From NCBI GenBank assembly GCA_964016885.1, contig OZ024751.1, positions 16,058,001-16,122,000 on the forward strand: a stretch of 64,000 nt of DNA. The letters are read 5' to 3'. Position numbers and translations under genes: made by a program. Below the pieces are notes generated by a model. That model ran no database searches. It saw nothing but the letters and a program-made list of their open reading frames with translations, and had not been told where the DNA came from. Numbering within the stretch: the stretch's first letter is position 1; every line of letters starts with the position of its first letter. This document shows positions 47,673 to 61,881 of this stretch, in pieces. The stretch is from Eledone cirrhosa. Its lineage: Eukaryota.

Positions 47673-47968
47673 TATTCAATTCAATTCAATTCAATATATT
47701 TGGCAGAAATTAAAACATAGATGCTTCAGATGCCATGTAAGGAGGGGAGGGGAGCAACATTTACACAGTCCGAAACACAGTGGTCCAACACCGGTCCGAT
47801 TTCGCCTTGAATTGTTGCGTGGTTGACGCGTTGACTACTTCTTCTGGAAGCCGATTCCAGGGTCCAGAGATGCGGATCAAGAAAGCAGGTTTCCGTCTAT
47901 TTCGGTGAAAGCGGCGGTGAAACAGCTTTTTGTCATGTCCTCGTAGACCCCTTTCAAGTGCGGGAATG
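47673..47968 (-). mobile_element. CR1-clade LINE 3' fragment with (ATTGA)n tail
   Basis: Minus strand encodes LRGHDKKLFHRRFHRNRRKPAFLIRISGPWNRLPEEVVNAS, a CR1 ORF2 C-terminal signature. Confidence 0.78.
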
Positions 47969-47985
47969 AATATATATATATATAT

Positions 47986-48550
47986 ATATCAACTAGAAAT
48001 TGATTGACATATATATATATTTAAAATAAACACATGAAACAATCACGGGATAATTTGTAAAGTGTGTATCACACATAGCTAGGAAGGTAACTAATTAAAG
48101 TTTAACTAGAGCTTCAAATATTACCTTTTAAAATAGATTAATCCTCCTTGTATATATTTCATTAAAGAAGTGTAAACACAGATAGTTAAACCTTCCCCCT
48201 TGCTGAAGATCCAAGATTTGACTACTGAGACTTTACGGATTATTGGTGAAATATATTTCTTTAATGAAATATATACATGGAGGATTAATCATTTTTAAAA
48301 GGTAATATTTGAAGCCCTAGTTAAACTTTAATTAGTTACCTACCTAGCTATGTGTGATTACACACTTTACAAATTATCCCCTGTGATTGTTTCATGTATT
48401 TATTTTAAATATATATAAATATATATGTCAATCAATTTCTATTTGATATAAAATGCTCGGATCTATTCATTGGAATCTTTGAGCTTATTCTATGGAGGAT
48501 ATGGCGCATGCCTCGGACATGACTCCATTAATTTAATTTAATTAAATTTA
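47986..48550 (+). mobile_element. Fold-back element (~185-bp arms) with central hammerhead and tail; same family as 23522-24095
   Basis: 47986-48169 inverted at 48257-48450; CTGAAGA at 48203, GAAA at 48248 and 48266; (TA)n both sides. Confidence 0.8.
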
Positions 48551-48577
48551 TTTTGGATATATTTTGGATATATTTTG

Positions 48578-48651
<74 letters not shown>

Positions 48652-48743
48652 ATGTGTGTGTACATCTGTGTGTATGTATGCATATGTATATATATGTATG
48701 TGTACAAACAAGTACACACACAGATACCTATATCTATATCTAC

Positions 48744-48832
<89 letters not shown>

Positions 48833-49058
48833 TAAATATAAGTATGTATACGTACATACATATATGTATACAGACGTACAGTAGTATGTATATATATACA
48901 TACATGCACACACATATATATATATATATATATATGTACGTATGGGTTTACCGAAGATTTATTATAATGTTCGGTCTGTTTGTAAACAAACAGCCCGAAT
49001 TAAGCCGTACAGTGTTCGGCAACCATCGTCGCCCTTTTGTTCAACACTGACAAAGGAA

Positions 49059-49110
49059 CGATGAACTAGTTTCTAGCTTATTAGCTGTTTATTAGCTGTC
49101 ATCAGCACCG
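49059..49110 (-). ncRNA. Minimal hammerhead motif
   Basis: Minus strand CGGTG-CTGATGA-C-AGCT...AGCT-A-GAAA-CTA-GTT-CATCG; palindrome AACTAGTT. Confidence 0.78.
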
Positions 49111-49232
49111 TATACCTTCCTGCCAGTTGATTGAACGTTTTAAAGTATATACTTTCCTTATGCATATTAACGGCTGAGCAGCCTAACTTGCAAATCGAGT
49201 GAGTTAATCGGCCGGGCATACCGAAAACGATA

Positions 49233-49789
<557 letters not shown>

Positions 49790-50179
49790 TATTTTATTGT
49801 GGTAAACACTTGACAAGATAGTAATTTCAGATTAGGCGTTTTAGTTTGAATCTTTATTTTTCAATTTAACCACTTCATCTTCATGAAGATTTCTTCCATT
49901 ATAAATGAAATGACTATTTCGACATTTTATTTCCCATATTCCGTAAACTTATGGCCCCATACATACTTTTTCAATCAGTTAGTCTCATATTGTTCGTTAC
50001 TTGCGGCTGAATAAAAACACACTTCATCGTAGACAAGAGCTTACCCAATTTTTCCTGAAGGGTGATTGATCCTCCGTTGCTCTCGACGAATAACATTCAC
50101 TTGTTTTATCAACTAAACGTGGAGTTGATTGGGTATTCTATAGACGTATGTACGTTTAATGTGTGGAGGAGATGGTAAT

Positions 50180-50690
50180 TGATTGAATAAATCCCAGTAT
50201 GTGACTGGTACTCTGTATAATCGACACCAGAAGAATGAAAAACAAAATCAACCACGCCGGGATTTAAAATTTAAAATGTATTTAAACATCGACGATATTT
50301 TCTCCGTCGCTCTACGGATTTTGCCGCTCCACCTCTTCGTGTATATGTCCTAAAGGCAAAGCTAACCTCGGTGGTTTTTGAACTCAGACTCAGAACGTAA
50401 AGAACCGCAACTCTATGCCGTAAAGCACATTGTCCGACGCTCTACTGATTCTGCCAGTTTGCCGCTAACAATAATAATACTACAACAATATTAACAATTG
50501 TTTCTACTTTTGACAAAAGGCCAGAAATTAGCCCAGTGTATTACTGGTACTTTATTTTATCGACCCCGTAAGGATGAAAGGCAAAGTTAACCTCGGCGGG
50601 ATTTTGAACTCAGACTAGAAAGGGGCGTAACTCTATGCTGCAAAGAAGCATGGCGGCCGACTCTCTACTGATACTGCCAATCCCCCACCC
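50180..50690 (-). mobile_element. Three stacked SINE copies of differing decay
   Basis: Family motifs on the minus strand; 50497-50690 is best preserved. Confidence 0.72.
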
Positions 50691-50804
50691 ACAACAATAT
50701 TAACATTAGCAACACAACTGTAATGATAATAACTATATTATTACCAACGGCAGCATTAATAATATCATTACATAATAATTACCTAAAACAGTAAAAGTAT
50801 GAAT

Positions 50805-51155
50805 ATGAAGATGAAGAGAAGAGGAGAAGATGATGAAGAGAGGAAGATGAAGAAACCAAAGAAGGAAAAGGAGGAGGAGGAGAGAAGAAGAAGAAGAAGA
50901 AGAAGAAGAAGAAGAAGAAGAAGGCAAAAAAAGAAGTGAAGAAGAAGTAGAAGGAGAAGGCAAAAAAGAAGTGAAGAAGAAGTAGAAGGAGAAGGCAAAA
51001 AAGAAGTGAAGAAGAAGTAGAAGTAGAAGGCAAAGAAGAAGCGAAGAAGTAGAAGAAGAAGAAGGCAAAGAAGAAGCGAAGAAGTAGAAGACGAAGAAGC
51101 CAAAGAAGAAGAAGAAGTAGAAGTAGAAGAAAAAGAAAGCAAAGAAGAAGAAAGC
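50805..51155. repeat. GAA-rich low-complexity tract with a 30-bp higher-order repeat
   Basis: GAAGGCAAAAAAGAAGTGAAGAAGAAGTAG-type unit three times. Confidence 0.9.
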
Positions 51156-51227
51156 TGATATAAAATAGATTCCATGTTTAAGATCAAGTTGAAAAGAAGG
51201 GCGATAACGGCAGCACCAGAAATAATT

Positions 51228-51404
51228 GTTTCTACTTTTGGCACAAGGCCAGCAATTACCCAGTACATTACTGGTACTTTATTTTATCAATCCCGTAAGG
51301 ATGAAAGGCAAAGTTAACCTCGGCGGGATTTGAACTCAGAATGGTAAGGGCCGTAACTCTATACATCAAAGCATGGCGTCCAACCCTCTACCGATACTGC
51401 CAAT
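51228..51404 (-). mobile_element. tRNA-derived SINE with TSD CCAGAAATAATT
   Basis: Direct repeat at 51216-51227 and 51405-51416. Confidence 0.88.
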
Positions 51405-51471
51405 CCAGAAATAATTCTAATTGGATAGCAGGTTAAATTTCATTTCTAAATTCGAACGAAGGCAAAAATTC

Positions 51472-51549
51472 ATCAGTATTGGATGGATCAATCAGTATTG
51501 GATGGATCAATCAGTATTGGATGGATCAATCAGTATTGGATGGATCAAT
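51472..51549. repeat. 19-bp tandem repeat x4 (ATCAGTATTGGATGGATCA)
   Basis: Read directly; no spacers. Confidence 0.92.
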
Positions 51550-51769
51550 TTCACTTAAAGTAAAACTAACACATCACTATACATTACATCTTGTACTTTA
51601 CCACTAATACCGTCATCACCACTACCATCATAACCGCCATCAGCAACACCACTACCACCACCACCACCACCACCACCATCACCGCCACCACCACCACCAC
51701 CACTACTACCACCGCCATCAGCAGCAGCACCACCACCACCACCACCACCACCACCACCACCACCACTCT

Positions 51770-52200
51770 GTTTTCTGAGCTACAAATCTGTCCAGTGATT
51801 CTTTCCTGAGACATTCTAACCACGTTACCGTAGTGTTGGAGCTGTGATCTCGTAATTCGGCGATTTGGAGTGACTCTCTTTTCTCCGAACTACGCACTCT
51901 ATCGAGTAACGTTACTCCAAATACCCTCCAGAGGCACCCCCATTTCAGCCGCGTTTATTTGCGATCGTATTATTTCGTTCATTATCATGACCATAGGTAA
52001 GAGTTGGCACGAATACCGAACTGAAGATAGCGAGTTTGGTTTTTACATCTACCAACCCCCCTTCTGTGTTTTGAATGGTGAAGCTGACGAATTACTGCAC
52101 CAGTTCCTGCAATTCTTACACTTAATTACCTCACTCACAAACAAGTCCCCAATATATTTGAACTTCTTCACCTGTTTCAGTGGAACTTCGCTCACATTTT
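51770..52200 (-). mobile_element. Decayed RTE-clade LINE fragment
   Basis: Minus strand PLKQVKKFKYIG, VFVPTLTYGH, AAEMGCLWRVFGVTLLDRVRS, HYGNVVRMSQER. Confidence 0.78.
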
Positions 52201-53342
52201 ATTTGCGGATATTTTTTATTTTCTTGATATCTCTTGTAGATGGTTGTAAGCAAAATGTTGTCTCTGTACACTCAGAAGATGTAAACACACTTGACGAGAC
52301 CAAAATGATTCTGCATTTCGATTTTCAGAGAAATCTCTTTGGTTTAACCACAGGCGTCTACTTCCATAGCGAAACAAATTATGTGTTTATTAAACGTAGG
52401 CATGTAAATTGATTTACGTACATATCTCTCAAATGTTTAGTCAGCCATTTCTGCTAACTTAAGCACAATTAAATTGGAAGCAATTCACCCAGTATGGCAG
52501 ATGTTACTTTGGTATACCCACGGGCATTACAATGACGAGGGATTAAACTAAATACTGTACTGTGAATATTCTTTCGTTAGAATATTTACTATAAACATTA
52601 TAACGTTCATACACATATCACATTAGTAACAGTATTTCTTTCAGTACGTTTCTCTCCACATCCATATTTCCACGAGCAGCCATCTTGATATAGCTTCGTC
52701 GTTTGTCAGGAAGTTATTTAGTAGGAAATGATAATTATCGATTGAATCGATTGAACCAAACCAAACCAAACAAAACAAACAAACCCCCAAAACAACAAAG
52801 AAACAAAACAAACTATATTAGGAATTTAAATAAATGCGTATAATTATTGTTTCATTTTCTCATGCTTTTAATTTCCTTTGAAAATTAACCATTTTTCCGT
52901 TTCCCGAATATTAGTTAAAAGGGAAGGGACAAGTTCTATCCAACATTTAAAAAATACAATATACCACACTAGAAATATAAATATATACGTATATATATAT
53001 ATATATATATGTATGTATATATATATATATATATGCAAAAGTTTTATTTAAAATTGTTGGGTTACAACGAGTAAATATTTTATAACTGATATAAAGCACT
53101 CAACAAGTTACCTCAGCTGCCTCTCATTTTTCACCTCCTCACTATTTCTCTCTCCCATATCTCTCTCTATCTCTCTCTGTTTTTCTTTACATACATTTAC
53201 TCCTTTTCTCCGTCTTTCTTTTCTAACTGTACTTAACACTAAATATTTACAAACATCTCACTACCAAACCAACTTTTTTAAATGGAAGTTGATCAATATT
53301 CTATGGTACGTCAAATTTATTTATAAAACTGCTTATATATTG

Positions 53343-53408
53343 TATTTTATCTGAAGAAGGCATGCCATATTTTTAATATGGTATCCCTGAAATATGTATA
53401 ATGAAATA
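53343..53408 (+). ncRNA. Minimal hammerhead motif, same family as 428-488
   Basis: TATTTTAT-CTGAAGA-AGGCATGCCATATT ttt AATATGGTATCCCT-GAAA-TATGT-ATA-ATGAAATA. Confidence 0.82.
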
Positions 53409-53449
53409 AATATGGTTTTATAAATATAGTTTCCATTTGTTTAATATCG

Positions 53450-53500
<51 letters not shown>

Positions 53501-53509
53501 CTAAATATA

Positions 53510-54108
53510 GTTATACTTGGGGAGGGTCACATTGTTGTAATAATATTGCCAGAAATAATAACAGAACACACTGTTTGGTTGGTTTTCGCTTCTGCATCTT
53601 TTATATCTCCGTAGTTGTATTTATATCTGTATTTTTGACCGTTGGTCAGTCAATGATAAACATTGATGGCCATATCACTGACTGACCAACGGTCAAAATT
53701 ACAGATATAAATACATATATATAGTCTAACAAAATTCTTTCGTTGCACATCTGCGACATCATCAGTGGTACTATTATGTTTCCTCCTGCTGTATTGTATG
53801 TCTACGCCATTTTTATCATAAAGATGGCGTAGACATACAATGCAACGGGAGGAAACAATAGCACCACTGACGATGTTGCAGATGTGCAACGAAAGAACGC
53901 TGATAAACTAAATATATGTGTTTGTGTCTATATTGTATCTGTATTATTTTTGACCGCCGGTCAGTCAATGACAACATTGAGGACCGAATAAATTAGATTA
54001 CCGATATAAAAGACACAGAAGCGAAAAGCGAAAACCAACCAAACAGTGAGTGTGTTCTGTTATTAATTCTGGCAATATTACACAAATATGACCCTCCCCA
54101 AGTATAAC
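53510..54108. mobile_element. Nested multi-fold-back element with hammerhead motifs on both strands (53728-53769 minus, 53863-53905 plus)
   Basis: Outer ~100-bp arms and two inner hairpins; ACCA-CTGA(T/C)GA-T-GT(C/T)GCA gatg TGCAAC-GAAA. Confidence 0.8.
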
Positions 54109-54109
54109 A

Positions 54110-54185
<76 letters not shown>

Positions 54186-54187
<2 letters not shown>

Positions 54188-54483
54188 GTTCTCTCCAGCG
54201 GTCTCTGTCCTTCATCATCGCCTCCATGTCCTGCGTCTCCTAGAGACCAGTGTCTGTCCTTAGTGTATCAACATATGTCAACCTCGGTCTCCCTCTTCTA
54301 GTGTGCCCGTGTAGGGGCTTCCACATGAGCGCTGAGTGCATTGTCAACTCTGAATGTCGGTGTACATATCCAGCTGACCTTAGTCTCCTTTGACTTAATT
54401 TCGAGCTGACTTTTGGGAGGCTCACGTACAGCTCGAAGTTATTATTTTCAGTGTATACTGATTAATGTTCAGAGCCATCTTCA

Positions 54484-54487
<4 letters not shown>
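54186..54487 (-). mobile_element. RTE-group LINE 3' fragment in (TA)n
   Basis: MLKMALNI...LPKVSSKLSQRRLRSAGYVHRH...LMWKPLHGHTRRGRPRLTYVDTL...MMKDRDRWR. Confidence 0.78.
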
Positions 54488-54529
<42 letters not shown>

Positions 54530-54531
<2 letters not shown>

Positions 54532-54646
54532 TTATTAAAATAACAGATTAAAGTTTAAGCAAAGAATCGCTGCTGTTTCAGAAGATCCCGTTAAGGGTGA
54601 AAGCAGCGATTCTTTGCTTAAACTTTAATCTGTTATTTTAATAAAT
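54530..54646. repeat. Fold-back of the CAGAAGA-motif repeat family
   Basis: ~48-bp arms around GAAGATCCCGTTAAGGG. Confidence 0.85.
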
Positions 54647-55182
54647 ATTTGCTCTACGGTTCTTATATATTTGATATATATTTATCCTTATCGAGCCCTC
54701 TTTGGATTTTAGTCTTCAAATTTATTATTATTACTATATATATATATATATATATATGCTGAAGATGGCTCTGAATATTAATTAGTATACACGTTTAATA
54801 ACGGTCTAATGATTAATTGATTAATTTAATTTGACAATTGCATTGATTGGTTAATTATTATAGTTTGTTTAATAACGGTCTGGTTGAGTGCTTAATTCAG
54901 TTTGTGTATTGGTATTTTTTCCATTGCCCATAATTTTTGATTTGACCGCCAGAAACCGGGGTTACCTCCCTTTGGAGTAACGTGTGCTTCACACCGGGTT
55001 TTGGGTTAGAACGAAAGCCTGTTGAGAAAGTAAATTCCTCTGTTCGATCTTCCAGAAACCTAACTTGTATACACCACAAGCTGATTTTGTTGATTTCGGA
55101 TTTACAGAAACCTCACTTGGATATTCAGTAATTTCCAAGTGGCGGTACAGGTATGTTATATATATAGATATGTGCATATATG

Positions 55183-55243
<61 letters not shown>

Positions 55244-55467
55244 ATTTCCTTTTCTCACTAGTCAGTTCTTTCGTTGCTACAGATCACCCGACTGAATTAG
55301 CGGTCGCTATTTTCAATTTGCAAAGCCCTTTAAACTGTATGTTATTACTCTGAGGTCTATTCCTCGTCGAGTGCTTGGCTGCACTGCTGAAGGCATTCGT
55401 TGGCTTGGCTGCTGATCGAACTTCGAATATGCTGTACTATTGTATATATATATATATATATATATGA

Positions 55468-55501
<34 letters not shown>

Positions 55502-56969
55502 AGTAGACACATAATAAATTCATAGTTCTTCTATTACCATATAAAGGAAGTGACGTGAAATGAAATACAATTACACTTGGAGATGGGAAAAAATGGCAAA
55601 ATATAAATAATTTGCTTGTGTTTGATGGGTGGTGAAACTGTCACAAAGAATATTAATTCATAATAGGAGTGCGTTGTGTACTAAGTTAACAATAATTATT
55701 AATGGTATAGACACATGGGTAGTAATGTTGGGAGAGGTGGGGAAGTCAATTACATCGACCCTGATACTTTACTGGTCCCTTATTTTATGAGCACCCTCGG
55801 AAGGATGAAAGACGGGGTTTGAACTTAGCACCCTGACGATATACAGCAAAGGATTTCGTCCAATACACTAACAATTTTGTCAACTCACCGCCTTTACTAA
55901 ATACATGGTTTCAAATTTAGGTACAAGGCGAACAATTTTTGGGGAGGGGTGCTTTATTTTATTGACTCCCCACCTTGAGGTGAAGAGGCAAAGGTGACCT
56001 TGGCAGGATTCGAACTCAGCACTCACAGGGGTCGTAACATTTCACCACCTTTTTAAATTAACTCAACATTCATAAGGGGCGTACGATTTACTGCAAAGTA
56101 TTTCGTCCGACGTGCTAAGGATTCTGCCAACCCATCTGCCTTTATTAAATTAATGTTAATAGTTACATTCTACTGCTTAAAATTTCGGCTATTATTTCTC
56201 GGGCGAAAAAGGTTGGTGGGTTTGTACTATCGGTTTGCGGTACATACCTACGCCCCTGTATGTTCTGAGTTCAAATCCCACCATGGTTAACTTTGCCTTT
56301 CATCCTTATGGAGTCAACGATAAAATAAAGTACCGAAAATGTTTGATTCTTTAGTATCGGAGGATCTATAAAGGCGCTGATCATCTTCTCTTCTTCCAGA
56401 CCCCCCTCCTCCCTCCCCGCCACACCTAAAAAAACAAAGACAAAAAAAACACTCTCTTCCCTTTGTGTATATCAGTGTGCAGTGGTGTATATGTGTATAT
56501 TACTGTGTAACCGTGTGTAGTGGCGTGTCTGTCACTCTATTACACTATGTAGAAGTATGTGTTTATATATTACTGTATAACAGTGTTTAGTGTTATGTGT
56601 GTGTGTATGTCACTGTATAGCGGTGTGTAGTGGTATGCATGTGGGGGTTTGTCTCACTGTATAGAAAAAGTGTGTGTAAAGTATTTTCTATCTAAGGATA
56701 GGAGAAAATAGAATGTGAGAGAGGAATAAATAGAGAGAGAGGGAGAGAGAAAACGGGGGCGGAGAGAGGGAAAGAGGAGAGGTAATATAAGAGGAAGAGA
56801 GAGAAGGAGGAGAGATAATATTAGTGAGAGAGAGTAGAAAGAGGAGAGATAGTATGAGAGAGAGAGAGTGAAAGTAGAAAGAGAGGAGACAATATTAGAG
56901 AGTGAGAGAAAGAAGGGAGATAATAATACGCGAGAGAGGGGGGGGGGAGAAGAGGAGGGATAATATAAG

Positions 56970-57727
56970 ATAGATATCCTTCTTTATTTGCCATAGGGGC
57001 GTACACAAATGGGACATTACAAGACGTGACGGCAGGGTTTTACATAAAAATCATATAACTTTAACATTAATAAATAACAATAAAATATATATAATAAAAT
57101 AACAATTGAAATCCCCAAAGGGGAGAACGTTACTGCAGGGTTGTTTTACAGGAACACGTTTTGTAGGTGTTCCCGTCTTCCCTCTGTTTATCTTCCTCAA
57201 CCTACAGGTTTATATACAGAGAAGGCCCATTCACTCGGGCCATGTTTGCCACATTCACCCACCTTTCAGTGAATATACTGGGGTGTAGCACCTCTCTATC
57301 CACTCTTACATTCCTTCTGAAATGATACTTAAAGAAGGGGATAAGTTGTTCGGAGAAAAAGGTGTTTGCCCTCGTCCACCATATTACCTCTTTCGCCATA
57401 GCCACCAGACAGAGGAAGACCACCTCTCCTTCATTCTTAAATGAAGGCGGCGGGGTGATCCTCACGATGAACTCGGCGGACAACTGGATGCGTCCCACAC
57501 GTGACAGTAGCTGTTCGACATAATTCCACAGGTCGGTCACCCCTGGGCACTGAACAATTGCGTGCATAACGGTTTCGATGTCCTGCTCGCATCTTGGACA
57601 GGTCCTTTTAGCAGGATCGCTGCCAGGGCGTCCGTGCCAGTAGATTTTGTCTCGAGCTGGTAGAGCTCCTCGGTAGCACTGTCAGGCCAGGTAACTCTGG
57701 AAGTTATCCATAGGCCCTGGGCGGAAA
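56970..57727 (-). mobile_element. 5'-truncated Tx1-like LINE of another subfamily, in a (GATA)n/(TATC)n tract
   Basis: HAIVQCPGVTDLWNYVEQLLSRVGRIQLS...ERWVNVANMARVNGPSLYINL*; AATAAA then TATCTATCT; TATC repeats upstream in element sense. Confidence 0.88.
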
Positions 57728-57813
57728 ATAGATGGATAGCTAGCTAGCTAGATAGTTTGATAGATAGATAAATAGATAGATAGATAGATATGTAGAGAGA
57801 TATGTAGATGATG

Positions 57814-57846
<33 letters not shown>

Positions 57847-58624
57847 TTAGATAAGTAGATTGACAAAGGTGTGTGTCTCTTTACACCAGCTTATCACTTT
57901 ATTTATATTAATGTTATTTCATAGTAGACTACATAATCACTTTATAACGATAAATCTAAATGGAATATCATAATTAAATATTTATATTCCTGTGTCGGAA
58001 CATAATAGCCTAACACTCTATATCAACACAATCCGTAATCCCAGATGATTATGTAATCACACCATGGAACCACGTTAAAGAGGTATAGCGAACTTGTATT
58101 TGCACATTTTAATATAATAGCGGGATAATGCCTGATAACCTCTGATACACCCTCACGAGAATTGTTGTTTTGCAGTGGGGTTGTTGATGGCGATTGTGGT
58201 GGGGTGGCGAAGGCTTTTGACGTATGTATGGGGTTTGAAGGACGTGTGTGATTTTTAAAAACTTTTTCTTGTGCGGTATGGTTGTGGTGAATGGTATGGG
58301 TTCAGTGAATGGTGTTAATCTGGTGAGTTGTCTGGGTTTGAAGAGGGGGGTATAAATTCTGGTTAGTGAGCTTCAATAGAGCTTTTTGGACTGCGTTTGC
58401 TTGAGTGAGTGGGTAGCTTTAGTTTGTTCTAGATTTGTTTACGTTTAAATTAAGGAAATTGATGATCTTAGTTACCTTGTGGTGGAGTGAGTTCCCCGTT
58501 TACGGATCTCTGACATATAGGTCCCTCTTTGAAACCTGGTGTTATTGCATTTGGTTGCGTTTGTGAATAGCAGTGGATTATGGTATGTTTGTGTATGTTC
58601 AAGTAAACGCAATTGACAGTCTAA

Positions 58625-59446
<822 letters not shown>

Positions 59447-59460
59447 TATATATATATATA

Positions 59461-59512
<52 letters not shown>

Positions 59513-59865
59513 ATAATAATAAATTTGAAGACTCTATGAACCACCTAAGAGAATATTAGTCTACGATTTCTTTTATACCATAAACGTGGTTCTGTCTTTG
59601 CGTGTAATTGTTTTTCACCGTTGCAAATAATGACGTATTATATTCGTTTTTTCCCGTTCTTTGCCAGAGAACGTTTCCACGAACAAAAGTATCGTCTTCC
59701 TGTCTTCCTCCGGTTGCAACGTTTTTTGAAATATCCACTTCTGCCTTTACAGATTGACTTTGTTAGTTTCAGAAGATCCCGTTAAATGTGAAAGCAGCGA
59801 TTCTTTGCTTAAACTTTAATCTGTTATTTTAATAAATATATATATAAATATATATATATATATAA

Positions 59866-59952
<87 letters not shown>

Positions 59953-60112
59953 GATAAATATACACGGGTGTGTATGATTGTGTATAGAAGATTATATTAA
60001 TAAAAGGAATTCCAACTTTGTCTGATTTACTCGTTTTATATATAATCCTTTAAAATTTATAATGGTATTAGAATGAAATAGTATGGTAGAATATTAAATG
60101 TTAAGTGTTAAT

Positions 60113-60151
60113 TGAACAAGTACTTTCATGCTTTCGCAATCTTCAGGTTCA
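60113..60151 (-). ncRNA. Minimal hammerhead motif (inverted copy)
   Basis: Reverse complement of 60246-60284. Confidence 0.82.
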
Positions 60152-60245
60152 AATTCTGTGGTGACAGTCAAGTTTGCAATTTTCAACTGTGAAAATTGTT
60201 GAAAACACAGTTGAAAATTGCAAACTTGACTGTCACCACAGAATA

Positions 60246-60284
60246 TGAACCTGAAGATTGCGAAAGCATGAAAGTACTTGTTCA
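60246..60284 (+). ncRNA. Minimal hammerhead motif
   Basis: TGAAC-CTGAAGA-T-TGC gaaa GCA-T-GAAA-GTA-CTT-GTTCA; palindrome AAGTACTT. Confidence 0.85.
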
Positions 60285-60412
60285 ATTAACACGTAACATT
60301 TAATATTCTACCATACTATTTCATTCTAATACCATTATAAATTTTAAAGGATTGTAAATAAAACGAGTAAATCAGACAAAGTTGGAATTCCTTTTATTAA
60401 TATATATATACA

Positions 60413-60599
60413 GGCGGTGGATTGGCAGTATCGGTAGAGGGTCGGACGCCATGCTTTCCAGCATAGTTACCTCCCTTTACGATCTGAGTTCAAATCCCGC
60501 CGAGGTTGGCTTTGCCTTTCATCCTTACGCGGTCGATAAAATAAAGTACCAGTAATGCACTGGGTAATTGCTGGCCTTGTGCCTAAAGTAGAAACAATT

Positions 60600-60601
<2 letters not shown>
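60413..60601 (+). mobile_element. tRNA-derived SINE copy
   Basis: A/B boxes and core. Confidence 0.85.
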
Positions 60602-60635
<34 letters not shown>

Positions 60636-60652
60636 CACAGACAACCGGTGTT

Positions 60653-60689
<37 letters not shown>

Positions 60690-60914
60690 AACAACCACTG
60701 CTGACAACATCCAGTATAATTAACATATCCGCATATATTAGCATAGAACATTACTCACTATTACCATGTATATGAAATATAGCAATGGAAACAACTAGTC
60801 TCATATATTGACATATTACAGGATAAAACTGCGTCTTTCCACCACATCCATTACTCCCATCATATATATTAATTTCTGTTGGCGTTAACATTAGTTTCTC
60901 AGTTCTAACAATAC

Positions 60915-61355
60915 CCCACCCCTCACATCCATCCACCTCCTCCTTTCTCTCCCCCGTCCTCCCTTCCATCCCGCGTTCTCACTCCTTTCCATCCTCCGTC
61001 ATTCCTCCCCCGTCCTCCCTTCCCTCCCCCCCGTCCCCCTTCCCTTCCATCCTCCGTCCTCCCTCCTCTCCATCGCCCGTCCTCCCTTCCATCCTCCGCC
61101 CTCCCTCCCCTCCGTCCCCAGTCCTCCATCCCTCCCATACCCCCCTTTCCATACCCCCCGCCCCCCTCCCTTCCATTCCCCCGTCCTCCCTTCCATTCCC
61201 CCGTCCTCCCTTCCTTCCTTCCACCCCCCGTCCTCTCCCCCTTTCCCTGTCCTCCCCTCCATCCCTCATTCTCCCTCCCTTCTCCTGTCCTCCCTTCCAT
61301 CCTCCGTCCTCCCTCCCTTCTACTCCCCTCGCCCCCCCTCCTCCCCCGCTCCGTG
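60915..61355. repeat. C/T-rich low-complexity tract (G-runs on the minus strand)
   Basis: CCCCGTCCTCCCTTCCAT-type degenerate units. Confidence 0.85.
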
Positions 61356-61823
61356 TAAGTCGAACGTTTATGTAATTGAAACAATTTCATTTATATGCAC
61401 AGACATGTCCTCTCAAATGATTAGACGTCATGTAGTGACTCACATACAGACACGCACACAAACACACACACACACAAACACACACACAGAACACAGAACA
61501 CAGAACACAGACACACACACAGACACACACAGACACACATAGACACACACACAGAACACAGACACACACACACAGAGACACACACAGACACACACACGCA
61601 CACACACACAAAACAGACACACCCACTATTTATACAGACATATATTTTTTTATATTCATATAAATATGCATACATATATGCTTACATACATATATACATA
61701 TATGTATTCATACATACAGTATATACATATATACATAAATATTTACATACATACATAGATATATGCATAAATATATATATATCAAGAGGCATACACATAT
61801 ACATGCATGCACACACATACACA

Positions 61824-61862
<39 letters not shown>

Positions 61863-61881
61863 TTATATATATATATATATA

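Larger units (their letters stand above)
59993..60404. mobile_element. Fold-back element (~198-bp arms) with a hammerhead in each arm
   Basis: Near-perfect inverted repeat with a ~15-nt loop. Confidence 0.9.

Noticed and set aside
51472-51549. Four 19-bp repeats as a CRISPR array or iteron set
   Set aside because: Directly abutting with no spacers; a simple tandem duplication.
54757-54792. CTGAAGA as a hammerhead core
   Set aside because: Part of RTE coding sequence (MLKMAL); no stem II-GAAA follows.
57900-58620. Possible decayed Penelope RT coding region on the minus strand
   Set aside because: Strand skew is suggestive, but I could not read any diagnostic motif.
60915-61355. Gly/Arg-rich ORFs and G-quadruplex regulatory element
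   Set aside because: Low-complexity tract; G4 formation is possible but no functional context is visible.
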